From positions 161,983 through 225,982 of the forward strand of contig MNCI01000667.1 in NCBI GenBank assembly GCA_015680685.1: DNA of 64,000 nt, written 5' to 3'. This DNA comes from Gnetum montanum (Eukaryota; Plantae; Gnetophyta). The notes beneath the pieces were generated by a model. That model saw nothing but the letters and a program-made list of their open reading frames with translations, made no database searches and was not told where the DNA came from. This document shows positions 12,073-25,800 of this stretch, one piece after another. Numbering within the stretch: position 1 is the first letter of the stretch; each line of letters opens with the position of its first letter. Position numbers and translations under genes: made by a program.

Positions 12073-13316
12073 GCTTGCTGGCCGCTTAATAATGAAATGA
12101 AGTTTTTGGTAAGATTAAGAGTAGGAGAGGATAAGTAAGATTTTAGTGCACAATGCAGATATGGAACAGAACAAGGCAAGAATAATACTAGGCAAGGCAA
12201 GGTGACCATTTCAATGTATATGTACAGATTCAGACAAAATTTCATTGGAAATTATGAAATAGAAATAGTGATCCAAATTGCTTTTCCAATTAGGTAAGGT
12301 TAGCTGATACATACGAGTCAAAGGGCATTTTGCTAGTGAGAAGCTCAAGTAGGACAATGCCAACTGTATATATCATTCTTTGTACTGTACATTCCTACCA
12401 TGGCATGTTCAAGAGCAATGTTCCCCAAAGAATTCAAGATATGCATGGAGACCTGCAAATAAACTATGTAATGTCTATGTGTGATTGTATCAAAATCCTG
12501 TTGTAGGCATACTATAAATATGAAAACTACAGCACTTGGCACTCTGCTCTAAGAGTATATGTAGCTACTCTAGAGTCTAACAGATGTGGATACATATTGT
12601 TGTCAAATAAAAAGTTTTTGTGCACGATAGGAAGCAACCTTGTGCAGATATCTGCCAAACCAAAAAGATCATAGCCTGTATTGTTGATCCCTTGTGCAGA
12701 ATAAATAGATGATATATTCAGCATGGTTTAAAGAAAAGAAAACTCACTGCAAAGCCTTGGCTATGCCAAGTGCAATCTTCACATGACAATTCCAAGTCAA
12801 TTTCTACCTTCTGTCATCACCACCATGTAAGATGTTTTTAAGATTTCCATTGCCATAGTATTCATAAACAAGGTGTTGCCCATTTTCAATGGAATAGCCA
12901 ACAAGCTCAATGAAGTTCTCATGTTGTAACAGTGATATATTGGCAATTGCTTCCAGGAAAGCTTCATCAGAGTTGGTTCGCAGATAATGCCTAGCACTCT
13001 ATTTTCTTCACAGCCATAATTTAAAAATTAACATCACCACGGTCATTAATAGACTAGTATGCTGTTAAGTATAAGACTGTAAGTGATATTCTGGGTTCCC
13101 TTTTTCAAGAACTCAAAAAAATATTTAAATTATTAAGGATGCAGCACTGGCCAGCGTTGGATTCTACTCCAAAAACCTAAAAATGGTATTGGTTTGACCG
13201 CAGCACTGTATTTAAGTGTAAGATTTCAAGGACAAAAGCCATCTCATCAACCAATTTTTACTTTCACCATGAAAAAGTGGAATGAAGGAAACAGATAACA
13301 CATGATGCATAGCCAT

Positions 13317-14148
13317 TGATGAGACGCCATATGCACTAGGCCGCGATATCGCGGCCGTCGCGATATCGCAGCCAGCCGCCATATCTATAAATAAGAGGCG
13401 GCACTCCCCTTATTTCCAAATCCTGGCTAGTGTAGCGAAGCTCTGGCAGATTGATCACTCTAGAGTTAGAATTTTTCCCTATGTGCCCGCAGTAGGAGTC
13501 CTAGAGTGAACGGCTCTTTATTCGAGCAGCTTGTAACCTGAACCCAAGTTGTGTANNNNNNNNNNNNNNNNNNNNNNNNNNNNNNNNNNNNNNNNNNNNN
13601 NNNNNNNNNNNNNNNNNNNNNNNNNNNNNNNNNNNNNNNNNNNNNNNNNNNNNNNNNNNNNNNNNNNNNNNNNNNNNNNNNNNNNNNNNNNNNNNNNNNN
13701 NNNNNNNNNNNNNNNNNNNNNNNNNNNNNNNNNNNNNNNNNNNNNNNNNNNNNNNNNNNNNNNNNNNNNNNNNNNNNNNNNNNNNNNNNNNNNNNNNNNN
13801 NNNNNNNNNNNNNNNNNNNNNNNNNNNNNNNNNNNNNNNNNNNNNNNNNNNNNNNNNNNNNNNNNNNNNNNNNNNNNNNNNNNNNNNNNNNNNNNNNNNN
13901 NNNNNNNNNNNNNNNNNNNNNNNNNNNNNNNNNNNNNNNNNNNNNNNNNNNNNNNNNNNNNNNNNNNNNNNNNNNNNNNNNNNNNNNNNNNNNNNNNNNN
14001 NNNNNNNNNNNNNNNNNNNNNNNNNNNNNNNNNNNNNNNNNNNNNNNNNNNNNNNNNNNNNNNNNNNNNNNNNNNNNNNNNNNNNNNNNNNNNNNNNNNN
14101 NNNNNNNNNNNNNNNNNNNNNNNNGTAGGGGTACCTCGCCACTCATCA
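13317..14148 (+). mobile_element. Family-A solo LTR spanning an assembly gap, in an intron of the kinase pseudogene
   Basis: TGATGAG...CTCATCA termini, perfect TSD GCCAT (13312-13316, 14149-14153), TATAAATA at ~13387. Length 832 bp including Ns fits a single LTR. Confidence 0.85.
13556..14124. other. Assembly gap (N run)
   Basis: Run of n characters. Confidence 1.
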
Positions 14149-15130
14149 GCCATCATATGTTGGAAAACAGGAATGCTTAGCAATATGCACAAACCAGCCT
14201 GATATAGCTACACAAACATAAAGTGCATAAATTTTCTAGTAACCATGTCTCCCGAAATATGTTTTACCTTTCTGTTTGCAACAAATTCACTTCTGTAAAC
14301 TCATACCACTTCTCCCTCTCCTATTAGATTTTCAAATCTGTCACAGAAAATGCTTTTGCACCTATGAGACTTTTGATCATGTTACCAATAGATTCCCTCT
14401 TGTCCACATTGCCTCTATTGCTTCTTGGAGGTAGCCTAAGCATGATTACAGGTGGTGAAGGCTTTAAATTTTGTTTTGACCTTGAGTTTTGCTGTGACAT
14501 AGAATTTGGTCATCTTCTCTCAACTTCCATTGTTACACACAAAATTCAAAAAGAGCATGTTCCATAAAAAGGTGTGGAAACAATCTTTTTCTTTATTCTT
14601 ATTTTCAAGAATTCATCTTTTATATCTCTAATTACAGTATTCTGCAATAACTGCCTTTGAGACTTTGAACACTTTATAAGGCGTCTGAACTTTATATTCC
14701 CTTGAATAATTGGGCATTCTGAGATTTCAGATTCATACAAACATTGGAATTGGAAGAAAAATCTATGAAACTTCCTCTGTTCTCCATGAGAAAAATAAAA
14801 TAACTGGACTTCTAAGCCTTGAAATTGAACATAATTGATGCTAAAATTTGTGAACTTCGTCCTCAATGTGTACATGCCCTTCTCGGCTCATATTGTAAAG
14901 TTTTTTCAATGCCGGGCAAAAACATTTCGGTGTGAAAAGGATTATTACAGGTCTGCCCTTAGTTGGATCTGGCAAGGCAGTGAAACTTTAACATTGCAAA
15001 AATTTTAAAATGTCCTTAACAAAATCTTATCACCAGGGCATACGTTAGCAAAACCTCGGCTGTATCCAATGAAAACCGAAGAAATGACGTCGCACCATCA
15101 TGGCACGCAAACATCAATTTTGAGAATGAC

Positions 15131-15892
15131 CTATTCATTCAATGCCTTAGAATTTTCCGAAATTTTGAGGCAATTCAGCGATTCTCTTCATGCACTGTGC
15201 CCTGGACTTACCAGGCACAGCCACGGCGAGCTTGTGCCAGCGCAAGGCCACATCCTTCGGGAATGCCTTGAATGCGTTAATCAACGCCATATCTCCACGA
15301 AACTTCCGCCTTGGCCGCCACCGGCTTATTCGAAGCCTCATTCTCCTCGTCCTCCTTCACATTTTCGCGATTCTCATCACTATTGCTCTCATTGCGAATC
15401 CGCTCAACTTCATTCTTCTTCTCAAATTTCCGATCATCCTTGCTCTCTCTGAAACCCTAACTTCCTTGGCCGAAGACCTGCGCTTTCTTGCACGGCGTTT
15501 GAGGAGAATTCTGCAGATTAACCGAGCTGCTGCCGCCATTGCTGGAACTGAGATTTCGTCTTCGGCTTCGGTTCCGGCTCCGGCTCGGGCGCAGCAGGAG
15601 GCGGAGGCAAAACGTGGCCACGGCCAACAGCAATGGAGCCTCCGCTAAGATTAATTGGCGCAAAAGGTCCAATAAGCAGGGAGAGGCCAATCCATGCCAT
15701 TACGATCTGCCAGAATCCGCTGAGCATCCACGCGCAAGCTAGCATTACGACAACGACGCTACCGCAGAGGATGCATTGTGTTTTGCTTGCAGAAGAAGAA
15801 GAAGCAGATGCGGATTCGGATTCGGATTCAGGAATGCCGGCAGCCGTCTGCACCTGGAATCTGGGCCTATAATCTTCGTCTATGTACTCCAT
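15131..15892 (-). pseudogene. MAMYB: Membrane-anchored MYB (maMYB-like) pseudogene, intronless
   Basis: N-terminus MEYIDEDYRPRF, two hydrophobic helices, SLLIGPFAP..L.GG.I.VG.G motif, C-terminal [41 protein letters not shown]. Frameshift near 15560, in-frame TAG at 15459-15457, deletion/frameshift near 15295, probable further frameshift near 15155. Confidence 0.88.
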
Positions 15893-16282
15893 TGCTGTCT
15901 CTCTCTGTCTCTGCTTGTGTTTGTTCTGCGCTCTGCAGCTGCTGCAGCAGCAGCGTTACGAGATCTGCATTCAAATCTCACGGCATTGCTGCCACAAGCG
16001 TCCCTCGTTTTTGTGTAGACTCAAGGCAGTTGTGGTTCTGTTTTTGGTTGTTGCTTAAACTAGTGGACGGGTTTCTTTAGCGCCCTTTCTCAGCGTATTG
16101 GCAGTTTACATTTTGGTTGGATTTTCGTCGTGGGTAAGGTCCAGTAAGTGCTTTTTATTTTTTATTTTGTCTTGTTATTACGGTTTTAAGGAATAGAGTA
16201 TGCGTATGCTCCTTAGGAGTTGGCTATGTCCAAGTAAAACGTAGTAGAAATCTCCCCAATGAAGGGGCGTTGGTAGGCAGAT

Positions 16283-16600
16283 GTCATAACCGAAAACATA
16301 GGTACACCCTAAGATTTATAGAAGTTTATAACTTAGTACTACCTAGTAGAGTCAAAGCTATGACCTAGGGTTACCAAGACAAAACCCATACCACTAGGCT
16401 AACACCTCATTGTTAATAATCTTACCACTAGATGAGGTGTTGGAACCTAAAATAAGTGAAACATAGGTATACCCTAAGATATATAGAAGTGTATAACACA
16501 GTGTTACTAAGTAGAATCAAACCTGTGACCTTGGGTTAACAAGCCAAGACCTATATCACTAGGCTAACACTTAAATGTTACAATCTTACCACTAGATGAT
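16283..16600 (-). mobile_element. tRNA-derived SINE-like element, two tandem ~170-bp units
   Basis: Minus-strand A-box-like TAGCCTAGTGG and degenerate B-box (GTTTGATTC). A homologous copy lies on the + strand at 63305-63520. Confidence 0.65.
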
Positions 16601-16729
16601 TATATGTACTCTAGGCATATAGTCAACATGAAACTTTCGTAGAACTTAAGCAAAATATGATGTTGTGTCAAATCAACATACTCATTAGAACTAAACTTTT
16701 GCTCCACTTTGCTAACTTTGATATTTTAA

Positions 16730-16800
16730 GTGTGATTCAAACTAGTAATCTATTACTTGCAAATCCTTGTTAGACACTGAGCTAACCACTTGAGCCACCT
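16730..16800 (-). mobile_element. Degenerate tRNA-derived SINE head
   Basis: Minus strand GGTGGCTCAAGTGGTTAG ... AGTTTGAATCAC with A/B-box spacing; no cloverleaf. Confidence 0.4.
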
Positions 16801-16925
16801 CTCATTGGCTAGGAAGGACATTGGAAATTGAACCTATTAAATTATATAAATCAATGTTATATAGTTAAACATATAGTCAACAAGATATTTTGAAATAACT
16901 TGAGTCGAATCATCATCATTATCCT

Positions 16926-18200
16926 AGATGAAACACCATATGTCAGTAACTTTGTCAATGCATCTCCATTGATGAAGCCTCATCAACACATCCTTGTCAA
17001 CCCATCTTAGATGTGTTGGCACAGATGCATCAATGAGGATGTGTTGATGCATCCTCGTCAATGCATGTTAGATACATTGGTGCATATGCGTCAATGCTTT
17101 GTTGCCTAGGATGTATAAATATGTGAGCACCTACCATGTATTTGGCACCATTTAGTTGGTAGTATAGCTAGACTCTTGTAGTTTTCTCTTGTAATCCTAG
17201 CAAATAGTCAGTGAGTGCCTATAGTGTGGATTTGAGTCAATTGTACAACATCTTATTTGAGTGGCATTGTACCTAGATACGTTCTATGAATGACAATAAG
17301 ATTGAGATTGATTCATCTTCATTGTAGTACTCTGACTTAGAATAGATTTACTTCCAATAGAATTTACTTTCTATGTACTTAGTTAATATTTACATTTTCA
17401 TGCATGTTAATCAATTGGTGGAATGAGCACAACCGGTTTCGAGTATAAACACGTATTTACTTGGTAATCCCAACAACATTATTGCTTCATTCATCAAGTA
17501 GCATAACATTTGGTAATCCCAATAGTAGGTACTTGAGTTCAGGACAAGTACGACAAGCTTAGAACAAATACTCATCATCCTTATGATAGTTTAGGATTTA
17601 ATTTTATTATTCATTGGATTAAATAATTAATTTCTATATTATATAGTTAGTTTTAGGCCTACAACAACATTAATAATCATATGCCTCACTTTGGACTAAA
17701 CCATACGTAACAAAGCTACCACTAATCTAAGTGAGAAGACAACGACTTGCAATCGATGCTTAACAATCTAGATACCACACTAGTTCCATTTATGGAATTC
17801 AACCAGATTACATGTGAATGCTTATGATTCATAAAGTTGGGCATGGGGATACTCACCACTCATCATTGGCATTGTTGTCAAGGATGGTGTTAGTGATCTA
17901 GATTAGTTATATTACAAATGATTGCTGTAAAAGAATTAAAAACTTATCTTTTAAGAAAAATTAATATTTTAAGTCACACACATTCTTAATTGAAAACATG
18001 TCTCCTTCAATAGATCCATTCCATTTATCAAACTACCCAGCATAGCACATAGAAGAATAGCGCATCTTGAGAGCAAGGCATCCTTTGTAACTTATTTACC
18101 CAAGAAAAAATAACATAAGAGAAGGATTAGGTTGATATTTTGATAATCAAAGAAATACAAAGAAGAACAAAAGAGAGATATGTTAGAGACTAATTCATAC
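16926..18200 (+). mobile_element. Truncated family-B Athila-like element: 5' LTR 16926-17865, PBS and gag start
   Basis: LTR homologous to 20601-21531 and 60486-61307, ending CTCATCA. Followed by decayed PBS TGGCATTGTTGTCAAGGA and ATGTCTCCTTCA as at 60351. 3' limit approximate. Confidence 0.82.
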
Positions 18201-19149
18201 TTTACAAATATTGTTTAAGTCATATCATAATTTTAATGTTAAGTCATAAGTTATTCATAAAGGAATTATTTGATAATCTTTACAAATTCATAAAAATGTA
18301 TAAAGTCATGTCAAATGAGTGTGACTTGTGACTTTGTGTTGGCCAAAAGTCCTACTAAAATTTAGTTGCAAAGTGTGTAAAAAGAATATGATAAGTACAT
18401 AAGTTATCATAAGGAACAACTAAGTTGACCAAAGGACCATAAAAGAAGAAGGTAAGATATAAAACTTATTACCTGAAAATCCACAAATTATTTATGAAGC
18501 TTAAGGATAAGCGATATAAATTTTTTTGTAATACTGAACCAATCTATTTACCTTTCTATAATCTTAAGAAATATACTTTAACATGTTATCATAGCAAGAG
18601 AAGGGTAGGAAAATAGATAGAAATAAGAAGTTACATAAGAAGGATAGAAGTAGTGTAGAAATATACTTTAACATGTTACCTAACATGTTGGTAGTTGATC
18701 TACCTACCTTCTTGTTGGATCAAAGGCTATTTCACTTTGGAATAGGGATAAGAGGAGCATGGAGATCCTTTTGGGTTTCATGTTATTCTAACCATTACTT
18801 TAGAACTACATGGGCCTTGATTTCTTATGTACCTCATCATAAGTACATGTAGGCTCACGGAGGAGCATTGGCTTCAATGCTCAAGCCATTATCCTCTTTG
18901 GAGTGGGGCTTAGGGCTAGATACATTAGAGTAGGAATGTTTCTTAGCTCTTCTAGGCGAACAATGTCTCTTGTGATGTGTCATGTGCTTGGTTTGTGTGT
19001 GCATGTGTGTGTGTGCATGCACGGCTTGTTGGTATAGTTGTGTAATTAGTACTTATGGCAACTCTAGCACCTCTAAACTTTGTCTAATAGGTTGTGTACT
19101 CTATGTTGTGAACAAGTTTGCTAAGTTGTAAGGCGTTGTCGACCTTGAG

Positions 19150-19890
19150 TTCACCCTTTCACATTATGGTCATTAGCACTCTCAAGTGGTGCTGAGCAGT
19201 GTTTTCCAAGGGTGGCACCATTATACTTAGTATTAGAGATAAAGGACTGTGTTGTGAGTTTGGAGATGGTTTGTGGTTCATTATACATTGTTGCTTGCAC
19301 AAGAAGAAAAGCAAGGGAAGTCGTAATGCTAGTGAGGCTCCTATTGGCTCTAATCCTCGTGACCACATGGAGGAATGTATGCATGTCAAGGCATACAATG
19401 TGACTCCTAAACCTAAAAACATGAGAAACAATGACAAGGTACCTATCAGGGACCTTGACTTCCTTGATAAGGTACAATAGTTGTAGGGCCAACTTCTTGA
19501 AGTTGATAGTATGATCCTCAACAACTTGTCAATTTTTAAGAAGGTCAAGATGGTTTAAGATCTTGTTGAAACGTTGGATATCTCATACCTTTGGGAGCTG
19601 AATTTTGGTGCCAAGCATAAGCTCTCTATAGCCCAAAATTTTGTGCTTTGGAGTTGTATTGAATGAATGGATGATGTTGTTGATGATATCTAAGTTTTGA
19701 TGGGTGACGTCTAACAAAGAATGGGTAATGTCTTGTAAAGGATGACACTCTTAGAGGTTTAGGTGGAGAAGCTTGAGATGAGGAACGAGAAACAAGAGAA
19801 CCAAGTGGTTGTTCAAGCAAAGATAGTGGTATCTAGTTTGGGGTGGTTGACCCAAAAGTTCTCAGCTAAAGAGCCTAAGATGTATAAGTT
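19150..19890 (+). mobile_element. Possible highly decayed Gypsy gag N-terminus
   Basis: Stop-riddled coiled-coil-like frame ending KEPKMY; weak resemblance only. Confidence 0.25.
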
Positions 19891-22800
19891 ATACTATTAA
19901 GTAATGGGCTAAAGTTCTAAGCTAAAGAGCTAAAATTCCAACTTTAGCAACTTGCACTATTGAGTAATGAGACATGTATCTATATGTATAAGTTACACAA
20001 TGAAATCCACATAGAGAATTTTAATAAGCAAGATGCTTTAATGCTAACTTGTTTTATTTCTAAATACATTTCTCAAGATGTGACATACTCTTAATCCCTC
20101 TTTTGCAAAAGAAAAAAAAAAGAAAAAAAAAAGGGAAGGTTCTTTGGTTGCATACATATCCTTGTCATACTTACATTGACTTAGGGCTACATAGTTCTTT
20201 AGAATGGTAGTTAAGTAGCATGGGATGCAATTAGATCTTTACATGCTCCTTTAGTTCTCACATTAAAGAGAAGTAGCCTTTAACCCATCAACAAGGCATC
20301 CTCTTTACACTTTCTTGTTGAAAAAAAGTAAACACTTTGAAGCTTGCTAGAGCATTGATATTAGAAATGAAGAAGAACCATATTGAATATCGAAGAAATC
20401 TTGAACTTCAAGCCAATTTGAATCAGTTGTAGCCAAGAAGGTCCAATTGCTAGATTTGGAAATTATAAAGCATCAAAATTATATTCAACTTATTATCAAA
20501 CTAGGGGCTTCAATAAGTTCATACAATCCTTGGTACTAGAAAGCATCTACACTTTTATTGGTGCATAATCCTTGGTTGCAAGTTACTTAGGCTTTTTAAC
20601 TAATGAGCAACGGGTATCTCCTATGCCCAATTATATGAATCACAAGCAATCATGTGTAATTTGATTGAATTTTATGAATGGAACTAGTGTGGTATCAAGA
20701 TTGTTAAGCATTGATCGTAGGTCACAATCTTCTCACTTGAACTAGTGTTAGCTTTATCACATATGGTTTAGTCCAAAGTGAGGCATATGATTATTGATGT
20801 TTTTGGGGCCTTAAACTAATTGAATAATGATATAGAAGTTAATTATTTAATTTAATTAATAATAAAATTAAAACTAAAACCTAGCCTAAGGGTAATAAGT
20901 ATCAATTCCCAGCTTTTTGTACACGTCTTGACCTCATGTACCCACTATTGGGATTACTACATATTATGCTACTAGGTAAACCAAGCAATAATGCTACTAG
21001 GATTACCAAGCAAATACATGTTTATGCTTGAAAATGGTCATGCTCATTTTGCTGATTGATTAACATGCATGGAAATGTAAATGTTAATTAAGACCATGAA
21101 AAGTAAATTGCATCAAAAGTAAATCTATTCTAAGTCAAAGTGCTACAATGACTATGAATCAATCTCAATCTTATTTTCATTCATAGAATGTCTCTAGGTA
21201 CAATGATACTCAAATAAGATGTTGTACAATTAACTCAAATCCACACTACAAACACTCACTGACTGTTTTCTAAGATTACAAAATAAAACTGTAAGAGTTT
21301 GGCTACACTACTAACCAAATGGTGCCCAATACGTGGCAAGTGCTCACATATTTATAAATTTTGGATGATACAACATTGACGCATATGTGCTAATGCATCT
21401 AAGATGCATTAACATGACATCATTGATGCATAAGCACCAATGCATCTAAGATGCATTGATGGGGATGTATTGATGAGGTTGCATCGATGAGGATTTGTCG
21501 ACAAAGTTACTCGACATATGGTGTTTCATCATGCCCCCACAAATGATGAAAAACTCATCATTGAATTATATATGAAGTATAATGTTCCATCAAGATTGGA
21601 TGGGTATGCATTACAAAACTTGAGTGCCACATTATACAATTTTATTCGAGTGGATGCATTACAAAATGACAAAGAGACCTGAAAAACATCAGAGTTTGCA
21701 AATTTGTAGAAGTCTTCCAAAAGTTTGTTGATGATGAATCTTCATGTTGTTCCTAGTAATGGCAGTTTTTCCAACCTTGGTTGCTATGTTGGTGCTTCTT
21801 TTTTATGTAGAACATTTTGAAGGATTGACTAAAATTACTCCTCATCAACCCATGGGTTTCTAGCCAGTGAACCTGCAATGTTTAAGCTTTAATTCTTGTT
21901 TATTCTACTTATCCATGGGCATGTCCTTCTCTTGGCCTCTTTGCCTTTCCTTGCAAAATATTTTCAACCTTAGGAATTCCTTTTAGCATAACCTACACTC
22001 ACCAAAGGATCAATGTTAGTTTTGGTAATTTTTTTCCTTAGTAATTAACCATTTCAAATCTCTGGTTAGCTCAAAATTCAAAAAACGTTTAGCATTTAGG
22101 CTCAAGGTGATTTCATAATAATGTTCCCCAAGGTTTTAAGGTAACTAGAATCATCAAGTGGATTCATTTTGATTATTTTTATTATTAGTTACCATAATGT
22201 TCAAAAATGGGGTGTTAGAAAGAATTTCAAAAATTACATCCTTAGCTCCCATGATGAATGAGCTTAACTATGAAAGCTCACAAGTTTCTAAACAACTAAA
22301 ACTAAAGGTCTAGTTAACAAGATGACTAAGAAATATTGAATTTGGAGGATAGTTCAATATATAAGTAGTACAACTTAATCAAAATTGATGAGAAGTAGTG
22401 CCAAAATCATGCATAAAGTTCAAGAAGTTTTTTATGATGTCTTGGAAGATTTGCTATTTTGGTTCAAAGCTATGATCACCAAAAGTCATGCAAGTGGATC
22501 CTTTCCAAAGTAGACTTCTACCATAGTGCCTTCACATAACCACCTCAATAGATATCTGTGGGCACCTTAGAAGATAAATGTATATCATGTGTTTGTTTCA
22601 AACAACATACAACCACCTTGGTTAGGATCCTACACTATACTATACAAAAGCATTAGGCTCATAATTACATGTAGTAGTGAGGTGAATAATGGGATGAGAA
22701 GGGATTGTAGAGATTGGGACGTAAGGTACCTGATCATGTCTGCAATAGGTTTTTGTGTCAATTTTAATTAATATGACTATCATACCTATTCATCAAATTT

Positions 22801-25800
22801 TTAGATCAATTCTATATCATTAACAGTGGCCTTGCATTAATGTGGCCCTTCTTACCTACCATCATGAGTCCACAACAACTACAAAGGACAAACATCACTC
22901 CAAAAAGAGAAGTAAAGAGAAGAAGGAAGAAAGGACCTTAGTTAGAGGGATGCCTTTAAGCATGGATAACATGTCTTTCCAATCCCATAACCAGTGTTTG
23001 TAGTCCATTGTTGTGTCTAAGGTGTGTGTTGTGAATTTCCATGTTTTTATTTTATTTTATTTTGTTTTTGCTTTTATTATTTTTGGATAACCACACCATG
23101 CAAAGACATGCTTCTTATTTATTTTTCAATGATTAGGAGTAATGATACCTTAAATAAGTCATAAACCACAAGAAGGAAGTCAAGAAGAGAACTCACAAAT
23201 CCCCTTGAGGTCACACTATTTGTCATTCCCACTTGGTCTTTCCCTCTTTCTTCAAGGCATAATGATTAGCAATTAATTTTAGTTTTATATGGGAAGAACC
23301 ATATTGTTTTCATGATGAAGTTAGTTTCTTTAGAGAAATTTGAGGGATGAGTAATGTGGCCTTATTACAATACATAATTATTTACCCAATCATCTTGATA
23401 GCATAGGACAAAGACCCAACACATAACATTGGCTTCTACATCATGATTGGCAATATCATTATTAAAAAAAAAACATAATAGACATCCATAAAACATAAAG
23501 GAAATAACTTAAGAGAAGAAAAAATTATTAAGAAAAGAAAAATAATAAGAAATGGAAAATATATTAAGAATTGGAAAATTTTGAAGAAATAGTTAAATGA
23601 CTAAAAATTGTAAAATAAAAATAAAAATATATTTATTAGTTCTTGATTCAAGATGGGGCATCTTCCCTATGGCTAACCTCATGGGTGAGCATTTGGAGAA
23701 TGGATTGCACATTCCTTTGGTTATACACCATATGTTTTCCATTTATCATCATTAGTGATTTGAGTTTTCACTAGTTAGCACATTTAACATTGATGATAAT
23801 CAGGTTTTTGTCATTTGCAGACATATATTCAGTTAGACTAGAAGGTGTTATCTTATTAGATGGCCCATATATGTTTCCTTTTTGGTTATTGGGTCTCCAT
23901 GTTTAACAATTTCTTCTAGTGTATAGTTAGAGTGTAAGATGTCATTTTCTAAGTGCTCTATTTGGTTTATTTTCTTAGGAGTAGAACTAATAAGTGAGTT
24001 GGATGTTTCCATGCATCTTTTAAATGGTTTGGTATTCTCATTTTCTAGCCACTAGGTATCTTTTGGTTTAGTGACTATTATGTAGACACAGTTTGAGGAT
24101 TGAGAACTTAGAAGGGAGGTTAAATAAGTTCCCTAATTTGAACAATGAAGACAACCAAAACTACACACAATCCCCAACCTGGGTACTTACATACTCGGAG
24201 GGTAGAATCCTTGCACATCTCTAGACATTATTGCTTCAAAAATGTAATTTAAAGAGCACCACAACTTTTACAAAGTTTGAGCTTAAAACACCACCAAGTT
24301 TGGGCCACTACTGGGCCTACGCTCTCCACTATTGGGACTACACTTCAGAGCATAGTTAACGTAGTTTGCAACACAAGACCAGATTTGCAAGATTTTTTTT
24401 AATTGTCGATAGTAGTTACAAATTTTTCTAGGTGTTAGAGTATGCTCTCACTATTAGGACTACACTCTAGAGCGTAATCAGCATAGTCAACACACAAATG
24501 GCCAACTTTGTAAATTTTCCTAAGTGTTAAACAAGCAGCTATCAAGCTTTCTTGGCATGGAAGAAAAAGTTTGGCAAGATTTCTAACTACTGTGACTACG
24601 CTCCCTACTACACTCTTGAGTGTAGTCAGCATTCAAGCTCAATTTTACGAAATTTTCTTAACTATTGAGACTACGCTCTAGAGCGTAGTCTACTAGAACA
24701 ACCTCTAAAACCCTCTAGAACTTAACATTGGCCTTCGTTGCAGCTCTGACATACCTTCAACAAGGAGGCTCAGTGATTTGGATTTCTTTTGCATCCCCCA
24801 TTTGTCCCCAAGTTGTACCTACACTTGACACCACTCAAGAGAGTGGATAGCATAGCCCTAGAGTGTAGTCTTCAAACTTGCACTATTTTGCATTATTTTT
24901 AGGTACATGGCAGTCTATTTAGCATTGGCACATGTAGTTTGGGTAGCATAGTCATATTTTGGCAATTTCATGGGGTTCATTAGAGCATACCAGCATAACA
25001 CCATTTGCTTCAATGGAAGTGTAGTTTGGGTTAGTGTAGTTCCAACTACCCCTCCACCACGTGGTGCCCAATCCACAATTCACAACAATTCTAACCCTAT
25101 AAATACCCCACTGCTCTATGTTTTAGGGGTTGGAAATTTTTGCATCTAGTTGGCAAATCAACATTTCGAGCATTCTTGCATTTAAGCACACCTGGCATTT
25201 TAGTAGATTCCAAGATAGCACTTGGCATTGTTGCACACCATCACAAGACATCATTGTAGACCACTGCAGCCCATAGGACACTACAACGACCAACCTAGTA
25301 GGCACAAACACCACATCAAACGTTAGTCTTCATAGCCAAGACACCTTGAGGCTATGAATACACTACCTACTACACCTATTTGTACATTGCATGCCTCCTC
25401 ATCCTTCTTGTAGTTAACTATGCTCCTCCCCCCATTTGGGGTGATTCTGCTCTATCTGTCACTCTCCTTCTATGCATTTTTCAGCATTTCACTTGTATTC
25501 TAGCATTTACTTACTTTTTTTTTGCTATTTTTGCATGTAACTGTGCATTAACACCTTTTTTTGGGGAAATCCTTGGCTATGCTCATCCCCATTGACATCA
25601 TTAACGTTGTATACATTGTGCAAACACTTAACAATGTTTCGACATCACATCCTATAAGTCCCAATTTGATCAATAAGACTATTTTGGACACCTCGTCTTC
25701 ACTTCCAACAGGCCCTCACACGAATGTGGGGTTAAATTGTGCACACCAAAAACCTCTTAGTGTACTGTTCTAGCCTCCAACATTTTTAGTTGCTATAGTT

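Larger units (their letters stand above)
12315..14520 (-). pseudogene. STRUBBELIG-receptor-family (LRR-V) kinase gene fragment, 4 exons, unprocessed pseudogene
   Basis: Exon ~14520-14268: AKAFSVTD, ENLIGEG, VYRSEF. Exon 13020-12748: IMAVKKI, FLEAIANISLLQHENFIELVGY, LTWNCHVKIALGIAKAL. Exon 12651-12536: YLH, VHKNF, PHLLDS. Exon 12452-12315: VSMHILNSLG, YSTKNDIYS. HKN in place of HRD and PHLxDS in place of DFG are SRF-like. Has stops, frameshifts, deletions and a mutated acceptor near 13021. Confidence 0.85.

Noticed and set aside
13466-14202. Five long ORFs across the N run
   Set aside because: Artefacts of translating the assembly gap.
15518-15892. Intact 124-aa membrane protein gene
   Set aside because: It is the 5' part of the disrupted maMYB; the rest lies in other frames with no intron signals to rejoin them.
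15069-16080. Plus-strand ORFs over the MYB locus
   Set aside because: Antisense shadows of a GC-rich coding sequence.
16283-16800. Functional tRNA genes
   Set aside because: Only degenerate A/B boxes, no cloverleaf, and related copies elsewhere; treated as SINEs.
16926-21531. One element or TIR transposon bounded by the two family-B LTRs
   Set aside because: They are inverted LTRs of separate insertions; the right one pairs with 60486-61307 by PPT, PBS and TSD.
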